From an uncultured Candidatus Saccharibacteria bacterium (GTDB taxonomy: Bacteria; Patescibacteriota; WWE3; UBA101185; 2-01-FULL-41-18), in assembly GCA_964636285.1 (NCBI GenBank), contig CAZWQF010000005.1, forward strand, positions 19,167-83,166: a DNA stretch of 64,000 bases, read 5' to 3'. Of the stretch, positions 44,329-53,100 are shown piece by piece (the stretch's first letter is position 1; every line of letters begins with the position of its first letter). Under the pieces are notes generated by a model. It saw only the letters and a list, made by a program, of their open reading frames with translations. It did not search any database and was not told the origin of the DNA. The position numbers were made by a program, and so were the translations under genes.

Positions 44329-44796
44329 ATGATAAAAGAAAATAAAGTATATTTAACAAAGGATGGTCTTGTAGACCTTAAAAATGAATTAAAGCAACTC
44401 ACAGAAGTTGATAGACTTAGCATTGCTGAGAGGATCAAAACAGCAAGAGATATGGGGGATATCTCAGAAAACGCTGACTATGAAGCAGCAAGAGAAAAGC
44501 AGGCTTTTGTAGAGGGCAGAATAAGAGAAATTGACGATATTCTCAGTAGAGTTGAAATTATTGATGAAAACAAAAAAACCAACTCAGTAGGGGTTGGAGT
44601 AACTGTGAAAGTTCATGTTGATGGTGGAGAAGAAGAGTTCATGATAGTTGGCGCTCCTGAGGCCAACCCAATAGATAAAAAAATCTCACATGAATCTCCT
44701 CTTGGAAAAGCTCTACTTGGAAAAAAGATTGGAGACAAAGTCAAAGTTGAGGCTCCAATGGGCAATCTGACATACACAGTTCTTGGTATTAAATAA
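44329..44796 (+). CDS. greA: Transcription elongation factor GreA.
   Basis: An N-terminal coiled coil with the acidic tip (DMGDISENADYEAAREKQAFVEGRIREI) and a C-terminal FKBP-like domain. Confidence 0.85.
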   Translation: MIKENKVYLTKDGLVDLKNELKQLTEVDRLSIAERIKTARDMGDISENADYEAAREKQAFVEGRIREIDDILSRVEIIDENKKTNSVGVGVTVKVHVDGGEEEFMIVGAPEANPIDKKISHESPLGKALLGKKIGDKVKVEAPMGNLTYTVLGIK

Positions 44797-44829
44797 GTCC
44801 TAAATGTATAGGGTTTATAAAGGAGGTTT

Positions 44830-45306
44830 ATGTCTCAATCATTCCTGACAAAGCAGGGGTATACAAAGTTATCAGACGAGCTAAATCAGCTTGTTAACTT
44901 TGAGAGGAAAGCTCAAGCAGAGCGAATTCAGGAAGCCATTGCAGCGGGAGGCTTTGAAGACAACCTTGTGTATGAAACTGAGGTAGAGAAGCAAGTTCAG
45001 CTTGAACAAAGAATATTAGAGATTGAAGCGCTTTTAAAACACAGCTCACTAATTGATCAAAAAACATCATCTACAAATCCAGGCTTTGTTGCAATAGGAG
45101 CCAGCGTTGTTGTTGAAGTGGAAGGGGAAAAAGATCACTTCACAATAGTTGGTAGCTACGAGACTAATCCTCTCAAGGGCTTTATCTCTAATGAATCTCC
45201 TGTAGGGCAAGCGCTTATAGGTGCAAAAATTGGTGATGTTGTAGAGGTTTCAACGCCTGTTGTAAAATTGAAATACAAGGTGTTAGAAATCTCTTATGAA
45301 AAGTAA
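44830..45306 (+). CDS. GreA/GreB-family paralog (Gfh-like).
   Basis: Same architecture as GreA, but the coiled-coil tip is altered (GGFEDNLVYETEVEKQ). An AGGAGG RBS is present. Confidence 0.7.
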   Translation: MSQSFLTKQGYTKLSDELNQLVNFERKAQAERIQEAIAAGGFEDNLVYETEVEKQVQLEQRILEIEALLKHSSLIDQKTSSTNPGFVAIGASVVVEVEGEKDHFTIVGSYETNPLKGFISNESPVGQALIGAKIGDVVEVSTPVVKLKYKVLEISYEK

Positions 45307-46663
45307 CTATTACATAGAATATCCTCTTCAAACTGAAAGGTTTTCTGAGAAAGATCTAAAGATTGTTCACATTTTAATGGAGGCTGGAAAAAAAATTGGC
45401 CAGCTTTTCTCTAGGCAGGTAGAGTTTGATAACTTGCCTGGTGCTTCTTTTTACCCAAAGGATGCAACAAAAGAGGAATTAGAGGAGGCTTCTAAAAAGA
45501 ATCCGCTCATCCTCAACTCTTTCACAGTAGTCAAGAGAGATGATAAAGGGGAGCTTTATGCAGTTCCTTATCACGAAGAGTATAAAGAGGAGTGTCTCTT
45601 CATAAGTGAAAGGCTCAGAGAAGCTGCAGAGCTTGTGACCAATGAAAGCTTCAGAAACTTTTTACTTGTTGCAGCAAGAGTTCATGTTGAAGGGGACTAT
45701 GACGCTCTTGAAAAAGCATGGGTAGGAATTGAAAACGACAGTTTTCTGCATTTAATGATAGGGCCATTTGGTTCATATGCGGATAGGCTCTTTAGCCTAA
45801 AAAAAGCATATAATTTCAACTTAACGTACACTGGAAGTGACACAACATTTAACCCCTCAAATTATGTGGATGTGGTTAGGAACATACTCCCCCCATTCGG
45901 TTCAAAAGCTAGGCAAGATGTACCTCCGGAAAAGATAAAAGTTAGAGTTGATAAGGTTGCTTGTATTGCTGGTAGAAATGCAGGACTTCCGGCAAGGGCA
46001 ACAAACTATCCAGAAGAGATTAAAAAAATACAAGAATATGGAATTAAAATTGTAATTTACACTGACAATATTCAGATTAGAGATGGTCAGATGCTTCTCC
46101 CACTTTTTAGAGACCTAATGGATAAAGAATTTCAAAAAACTTTTGATGACAACTTTATTATGGCAAATGCCACAAGGCTAGTTATGGCACACGAAATTAC
46201 AGAGGCTATTTTTCAGTACGAGGGCTCTTGGCAGAGGCTTAAAGGAATGTTTAATTTTGTGTTCGAGCTTCACTCGTCAATTGTTGGGATAAAAGCATGT
46301 GGTTATCAGGTTATTAAAGGTATTTTGTCACAAAAAGAACTTGAAGCAATTTTGTATACAATGCTCCTTAGAACTTTTTCGGATTACTTTGTTAGAAAAA
46401 AGACTCCCCAAGTTGAAAACTACTTGGCAGGCTACAGGGTTTTCTATAACTATTGTCTTGAGCACGGAGCAATTGTTTTGGTAAATGACGCAATCCTTCC
46501 AAACCCAAGCAAGATGTTTGTATGTGCAGATCAGCTTGCAAATGTAATTATGCATATCTTCTCAGAGGGAACCGAAAAAGAAGCAAAAGCTTTTTTTGAT
46601 AGGTATACATCCGAATTCATGTACGAGTACTTTTCTGATAAACTCTCTACATATGAGTTCTAA
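45296..46663 (+). CDS. Conserved hypothetical cytoplasmic protein (455 aa).
   Basis: There is no TM helix. An HExxE-like segment (MAHEITEA) is present. It is translationally coupled on both sides, with 11-nt overlaps. Confidence 0.5.
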   Translation: MKSNYYIEYPLQTERFSEKDLKIVHILMEAGKKIGQLFSRQVEFDNLPGASFYPKDATKEELEEASKKNPLILNSFTVVKRDDKGELYAVPYHEEYKEECLFISERLREAAELVTNESFRNFLLVAARVHVEGDYDALEKAWVGIENDSFLHLMIGPFGSYADRLFSLKKAYNFNLTYTGSDTTFNPSNYVDVVRNILPPFGSKARQDVPPEKIKVRVDKVACIAGRNAGLPARATNYPEEIKKIQEYGIKIVIYTDNIQIRDGQMLLPLFRDLMDKEFQKTFDDNFIMANATRLVMAHEITEAIFQYEGSWQRLKGMFNFVFELHSSIVGIKACGYQVIKGILSQKELEAILYTMLLRTFSDYFVRKKTPQVENYLAGYRVFYNYCLEHGAIVLVNDAILPNPSKMFVCADQLANVIMHIFSEGTEKEAKAFFDRYTSEFMYEYFSDKLSTYEF

Positions 46664-48128
46664 CGATCTTATTCAAGCTAGAATCGCAAAGTTGAACAAA
46701 CTTAAGGAGCTAGGGGTTAATCCCTTTCCATCCCTTTCGGTTAAAAAGGAGTATGTAAAGGATCTTGTTTCTATGGAAGAGGGCAAAGAGGTGCAGACCT
46801 GTGGAAGACTCATGTCTTACAGAGAGCATGGAAAGATTTCATTTGCCGATTTACACGATGAAACAGGGAGGATTCAGCTTGCATTTAGAAGAGATGTGAT
46901 TACACCTCAGGTTTATGATGAGTACTTAAAACTTCTTGATTTGGGTGACTTTGTTAGGGTTAAAGGAAAACTTTTTGTTACAAAAGCAGGGGAGAAAACA
47001 ATAGATACTGCTGAGATTGAGCTTCTCACAAAATCCTTAAGACCACTTCCTTCATCCTGGTACGGCCTGAAAGATGCAGAAGAGAGATTTAGACAAAGAT
47101 ACGTTGATTTTAATTTGGAGCCTGATTTAAGAGAGATGTTTAAGAAAAAAACAATTTTCTGGGCAACTATTAGAAACTTTATGATATCCAAAGGTTTTCT
47201 TGAGGTTGAAACTCCAGTTTTAGAAAATACAGCAGGAGGAGCTGACGCAAATCCATTTGTAACTCACCACAACGCTCTTGATATTGATGTTTATTTAAGA
47301 ATTTCTATGGGAGAACTTTGGCAAAAAAGACTCATGGTAGCAGGCTTTGAAAGAACCTTTGAGATAGGAAGGCAGTTTAGAAATGAAGGAATTTCAAGGG
47401 AACACCTTCAAGACTACACACAAATGGAGTTTTACTGGGCATATGCAAACTATGAGGATTCCATGGCTCTGGTTGAGGAGATGTACAAGAAGGTAGCTTT
47501 TGATGCTTTTGGTACATACGAATTTGAAATTAATGGGCATAAGGTTGACATGAACAAAAAGTGGGACAGATTAAGCTATGCAAAAGCTATAAAAGAAGCC
47601 CATGGGATAGACATTGATTTAGCATCTGATGATGATCTTAAAGCAAAGCTCAAGAGCTTAAAGATTCCTTTTGAGAAAAATGACGAAAAAGGAAGATTGA
47701 TAGATCTACTTTGGAAAGAGGTTAGAAAAGGTGTTTCCGGCCCTGTGTTTTTGGTGGACCACCCTGTAGAGGTATCGCCTTTAGCAAAAAGAAAAAAGGA
47801 CAATCCGAATTTGGTAGAAAGGTACCAGATAATTCTTGCAGGAAGCGAGATGGGAAATGGGTACTCCGAGCTGAATGACCCTATAGATCAGGCGCAAAGG
47901 TTTAAGAAGCAGCAGGACATGAGGGATAGTGGTGACGATGAAGCTCAGATGTATGATAGGGATTTTGTTAGGGCGCTTGAGTATGGCATGCCGCCAGTAA
48001 CAGGTTTTGGAGTCAGCGAGAGGCTGTTCTCGTTTTTAGCAAATAAATCGGTTAGGGAATGCGTGATGTTTCCTCTTCTAAGGCCTGAAGAGCAGGTAGA
48101 AAACATTGACGAATCCTTGTACTCTTAA
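46653..48128 (+). CDS. lysS: Lysyl-tRNA synthetase, class II.
   Basis: An N-terminal OB anticodon-binding domain and class II motifs 1-3 (including GMPPVTGFGVSERL). The start was moved to the ATG at 46653 (MSSNDLIQARIAKL). Confidence 0.9.
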   Translation: MSSNDLIQARIAKLNKLKELGVNPFPSLSVKKEYVKDLVSMEEGKEVQTCGRLMSYREHGKISFADLHDETGRIQLAFRRDVITPQVYDEYLKLLDLGDFVRVKGKLFVTKAGEKTIDTAEIELLTKSLRPLPSSWYGLKDAEERFRQRYVDFNLEPDLREMFKKKTIFWATIRNFMISKGFLEVETPVLENTAGGADANPFVTHHNALDIDVYLRISMGELWQKRLMVAGFERTFEIGRQFRNEGISREHLQDYTQMEFYWAYANYEDSMALVEEMYKKVAFDAFGTYEFEINGHKVDMNKKWDRLSYAKAIKEAHGIDIDLASDDDLKAKLKSLKIPFEKNDEKGRLIDLLWKEVRKGVSGPVFLVDHPVEVSPLAKRKKDNPNLVERYQIILAGSEMGNGYSELNDPIDQAQRFKKQQDMRDSGDDEAQMYDRDFVRALEYGMPPVTGFGVSERLFSFLANKSVRECVMFPLLRPEEQVENIDESLYS

Positions 48129-48131
48129 TTT

Positions 48132-48737
48132 ATGTCTGACAATATTCCACATCAAATTGCTTTGGATTTACTCCATAAAAACATGCAGTCAGTGAATCTT
48201 AGAAGGCATTGCTATGCCGTGTCAGTAGTAATGAGAGCTCTTTTTAGGCATTTTAAGAGTCTTGGAGTTACAGATTCTTCGGTTGTTAACCTATCCGAAG
48301 AGGACTGGGGAGTGGTTGGGCTTTTGCATGACGCTGACTATGAAAATACAAAGGATTCTATAGATCAGCATACTGTGGTGCTTCTAGATTGGCTAAAAGA
48401 CTACAACCTGCACGAACACATTACCGACGCTTTTAAATCCCATAATACTAGAAATACAAATTTGAAGGCGCCTGTTACATACCTTGATTGGTCCCTTGAG
48501 TGTTGCGATGAGCTAACAGGTTTTATTGTTGCATGTGCGCTTGTTCAACCTGACAAAAAGCTTGCCTCTGTTGGAATTGATTCTGTAAAGAAAAAATGGA
48601 AGACAAAAGAGTTTGCTAAAAACGTGGAGAGGGAACAGATTGCTCAATGCCAAGAAAAGCTTGGAATAGAACTTGATTCGTTTATTCTAATTGCTTTAAA
48701 TAGCATGCAAGAAGCAAGTGCAGAATTAGGATTGTAG
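48132..48737 (+). CDS. HD-domain phosphohydrolase.
   Basis: H ... HD motif (LLHDADYE). 201 aa. Confidence 0.6.
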   Translation: MSDNIPHQIALDLLHKNMQSVNLRRHCYAVSVVMRALFRHFKSLGVTDSSVVNLSEEDWGVVGLLHDADYENTKDSIDQHTVVLLDWLKDYNLHEHITDAFKSHNTRNTNLKAPVTYLDWSLECCDELTGFIVACALVQPDKKLASVGIDSVKKKWKTKEFAKNVEREQIAQCQEKLGIELDSFILIALNSMQEASAELGL

Positions 48738-49268
48738 TCTTTTTGCAGTAACTACAAGTCTCTTTGAGTCCATAAATCCAGAACAGGTTATTATTGTTAG
48801 TCTTTCTGCGTTTCCAGTTCCTGTAAGAACATGTGTCTCGTTTGGGTATACTTCATACGTTCCTGTCACAACATACCCTTTTTCCTGAGAAGCCAAGGTT
48901 TTAACAGATATTTTATCTCCCTTTTTTACCTTTTTTAGGTCACCAAGCATATTCGGCCAGTTATGACCAAATATAACTAGGTTATTATTTATATCTGTTG
49001 CTGTAAGTTTATTATCAAATGTTTGCTGAAGTTTTGTTTTAAGCTCTATGTCCTGAAGTGATATATCTTGAACAGGGAGTGTTTTTCTGAGTGAATCAAA
49101 ATTAATAAAATTCACAGTGTCTTCTTGGCCATTTTGGCTAGGCATTGAGTGCTCCACGATGTTTTCTTGAAGAATCACGGGGCTATACCTTTTTTGTATT
49201 TCTATTGTACCGAATGAGAAAGATATAAAGGAAACTGTTGTAGCAAGAAATATTATGAACTTTTGCAT
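48726..49268 (-). CDS. Sortase-family transpeptidase.
   Basis: An N-terminal TM helix. Catalytic His (LVIFGHNW), catalytic Cys in a TLxTC-type motif (LTIITCSG) and a downstream Arg. Confidence 0.65.
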   Translation of the reverse strand: MQKFIIFLATTVSFISFSFGTIEIQKRYSPVILQENIVEHSMPSQNGQEDTVNFINFDSLRKTLPVQDISLQDIELKTKLQQTFDNKLTATDINNNLVIFGHNWPNMLGDLKKVKKGDKISVKTLASQEKGYVVTGTYEVYPNETHVLTGTGNAERLTIITCSGFMDSKRLVVTAKRLQS

Positions 49269-49272
49269 TTAA

Positions 49273-49941
49273 TTACTTACTTTTACCAAATTTCAGCGTG
49301 AAGACTGCAAGTCCAAGAGAGGCTGTGCCTAGAATAAAAAAGCCAGCAATGTAAGGCTCGTTGCCTGTGAATGGTAGGTACATAAGACCTAAAACATCAC
49401 CTGAAACTTTGGTTTTTGGGGCGTCATGTTTGTCATTTGGATCATCTTTACTATCTCTGTCTTTTGGGTCCTCCGGCCCACCAGTACCTTTACAAGCGTA
49501 TGGGGTGTTTTTTGCAAGGTAGGCTCCTTCATTTAGACCCCATGCTTTTCCGTTTGGAATGTAAACCCAACCCATCTTAATCAACGTCTCAATCTCGGAT
49601 TCACTCATGTCGTCTGCTTGCCACCAGTTTGTCTGAACTCCTTCGCTGCCCTTATCAGGACAGTAACATTGAACTAAAGTTGAGTTTGAGAGAATGTTTA
49701 CTTGATCTGTGCCGTAATATTCTTTTGAATCCCCAGGTATGCCGTGCTTTCCATTGTAGTGAACCACCTTAATTTGACCTTGCGCATCCAAACAGCTTGG
49801 GTACGTAGGTTCGTCTGGTGTATCGATTATTAATTCGTTGATGTTTGCAGCATTTGCCGCTCTATTTGAAATAAGAGTTGTGCCTGATAAAAATACAGTT
49901 GTAAGCACCAAAAGTGCCAAAATATACGCGTGCCTGCCCAT
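49273..49941 (-). CDS. Secreted Cys-containing surface protein with a C-terminal LPXTG cell-wall sorting signal.
   Basis: A signal peptide. The C-terminus is LPFTG, then a hydrophobic helix (YIAGFFILGTASLGLAVFTL) and a basic tail (KFGKSK). It lies 4 nt upstream of the sortase gene on the same strand. Confidence 0.6.
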   Translation of the reverse strand: MGRHAYILALLVLTTVFLSGTTLISNRAANAANINELIIDTPDEPTYPSCLDAQGQIKVVHYNGKHGIPGDSKEYYGTDQVNILSNSTLVQCYCPDKGSEGVQTNWWQADDMSESEIETLIKMGWVYIPNGKAWGLNEGAYLAKNTPYACKGTGGPEDPKDRDSKDDPNDKHDAPKTKVSGDVLGLMYLPFTGNEPYIAGFFILGTASLGLAVFTLKFGKSK

Positions 49942-50107
49942 AGACTATAGGCAGGAATTTGTTTCTAAGGCCTGAATATAGCACTGTAATGAAATGAGTG
50001 CAAATGCGATAACAAGTGGGTAGTTGCAGTATCAAATTTTATTGTTATAATCCTATAACTTGCATTCATAGGGCTTGTATTCACTGTGTTCTACCCATTT
50101 AACACAT

Positions 50108-53100
50108 ATGAGGAAGTTAGACATTATCGTTCCTATAAGGAACGAAGAGAAAAATATTATTGACCTTGTTTCCCAAATTAACGAAAGTTTTAAAGGCCTC
50201 AGTGTGGATTATAGAGTGCTCTTTGTTGATGATCACTCAACCGACAGATCAAAGGAGCTTATTCTTGAGCTTTCTGAGGAAAATCCAATCGTTTATTTGG
50301 CTAAAGAGGGCAAAAGGGGAAAAGCCTATTCAATTTTAGAAGCTGTGCAGTTTTCGGACAGGGAGTTTTTTGCATTTATTGATGGCGATCTTCAGTACCC
50401 ACCTTCGTTTATCCCAAAGATGCTTGAAATTTGCGAGGAACCAGGGGTTGGAGTTGTTGTTGCGAACAGAAAAGAATATAAAACCGAATTGATAAGGAAA
50501 ATTGGGTCTAGGGTAAACGCATTATTTTTTGGAAAATATTTACTCGGGCTAGATTGTGATGTTCAATCAGGCTTAAAAGTTTTTAGACGAGAGGCTGCCG
50601 ATCATATAGACCACAAATTTGTGCAGCCCTGGACTATTGACATGCCTTTACTCTCTGCTGCAAAAGGTCTTGGTTACGGAATTAGAACAGTAGACATTAC
50701 TTTTGAAGAAAGAATAGAAGGTCAATCAAAAGTGAACTTTATTAAAACGGGAACTTCAATTGCCTCCTGTGCTGTAGGCCTTAAATTTTTTGGGAAAAAG
50801 ATATTTTTACTTCCAGGCAAGGACGGCGAGGCACTTGGAGCTGGAGTGGCCTTCAAAAACAAAAGATACGTAACACATTCTTCGCTTTCCCATCATGTGT
50901 CTGCACTTGAAACAACAAGATTTTGGCAAAAGATAGCTGTTCTTGGTTTGTTTTGTACTGTACTGCTGGGTATGTATACAGCCCCTTATTCTACTGCAGT
51001 ATCAATAACAGCAATACTTAGCTCTATATATTTTATTGACGTGCTATTCAACTTGTTTGTAATGATGAAAAGTCTTCATTTTCCGCCAGAGCTTTCATTC
51101 TCAAATGAACAAATTTCTCAAATTGATGATTCAAAGCTCCCTATGTATTCAATTTTGTGCCCCCTATATAAAGAAGCAAACGTTCTGCCTCACTTTGTAG
51201 AAAATATAAATTTACTTGACTGGCCCAAAGAAAAACTAGATGTGATGCTTCTTTTAGAGGAAGACGATACAGAAACAATTCAGACAGCAAAAGATCTTGG
51301 ACTTCCAGATTATTTTAGAGTGCTTGTTGTACCACATTCATTCCCAAAGACTAAGCCTAAGGCCTGTAACTATGGCCTTCAGCATGCAAAAGGGGACTTC
51401 TTGGTAATTTACGATGCTGAAGATAAGCCTGAAGTGTCTCAACTTAAAAAGGCTTATCTTGGTTTTGAGAAACACGGAGGTAATAGCAGAATTGCTTGTT
51501 TACAAGCTAAGCTTAATTATTATAATCCTCATCACAATATTCTTACAAGACTTTTTACCGCAGAGTATTCTTTATGGTTTGACGTTGTTTTGCCAGGATT
51601 TCAGTCTATTGGTACTGCAATACCTTTGGGCGGGACTTCTAATCACTTTAGAACCCATGTTCTTAGAGATTTAAAGGGTTGGGATGCGTTTAATGTAACC
51701 GAAGATGCGGACCTTGGTATGAGGTTATTTAGGGAGAGGTACAAAACGGCAGTTATTGACTCTACCACTTTGGAAGAACCTAACAGCAATGTCAAAAACT
51801 GGATCAGACAGAGGTCGAGATGGATTAAGGGTTATATGCAAACCTACCTTGTTCATATGAGAAATCCAATCGAGCTGATTTCTAGATACGGGCTGCATGC
51901 GTTTATTTTCCAGCTTGTCATTGGAGCAAGAATGTATTTTATGTTACTTAACCCCATACTTTGGGTCACAACTGTTTCTTATTTTGCGTTATATAAAATT
52001 GTAGGTCCAACTATTGAGTCCCTCTTCCCTCCAGTTGTTTTTTACATGGCAGCATTTTCCCTACTTGTTGGTAACTTTCTTGCTTTTTATAGCTATATGA
52101 TCGGATGTGCAAAGAGAGGGCATTGGACATTGATCAAATATGTGTTTTTAGTACCTTTTTACTGGATTTTAGTTAGTGTTAGCGCTGTGATGGCCTTTCA
52201 TCAGTTATTGTTTAAACCTCACTATTGGGAAAAAACGAATCACGGCCTGCATCTAAAAAAGAAAAAGAATTCTAATGATGAAACTATTGACGTGCTTGAG
52301 GTTGCTGTCTCAGCTAAAGTAGCAAACTGTGATTTACCTCTAGCTCAGGAAAATTCGCATCCAGTATTTAAAAAAATGAAAAGTTTTTTTTCCTCAAAAG
52401 GTGCTGCATCAATTCTATTTATAGCAAGTTTTGCTTCGAGCGCAGCTAATTACATTTTTAATTTATACCTAGCTAGAAGAATTTCTATAGAGGCGTTTGG
52501 TATTTTGGGGCTACTTGGAAGCATGTATTTAGTCTTCAACATTTTATGGGATTCTGTTGTAAGGCTGGTTACTACTGCTGAAGGGTTAAGAGCAGGAAAA
52601 GATGGTCCGGACGTTGCATATAGAGACTATTTAAAAAGAATATTCTTTGTAGTGGGTCTTATTGTATCTGTTGCTTGGTTTTTATTGTCTCCATTTTTAG
52701 CAAGTGTTTTTCAATCAGATTCAGTATTACCTATTTATGGTTTTAGCCCCATTTGGGTTTTAGGTTTGATATATGCAGTTGATTATGGATTTCTTAATGG
52801 AAATCTAAAATTTATTCAAATTGGTATCATTATTTTAGTTGAAGCAGTTGTTAAATTATTGAGTGCTGTGCTTTTTATAGAAACCAAAAATCCACAGTAT
52901 GTATATCTTTCTATACCACTTTCATCTATTGCTGCTTTTGCTAGTGCTTATATATTTTCGAGTCTCTTTTCAGAAAAAAATAAGGTTAATACTGTCGCTG
53001 ACATTCGATTCAAATTTCCATTTAGACTTTTTCTTACTTCCTTGTTAGTAAAATTTTCCACACTTTCTTATTTTAGTTTGGATATTATTATTGCAAAACT

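Noticed and set aside
52384-52391. T8 homopolymer inside the giant GT gene (also T8 at about 7876 in argS).
   Set aside because: Poly-T/A runs of this length are expected by composition in an AT-rich genome and both are in frame. Only the G10 tract at 22063 is compositionally unexpected.
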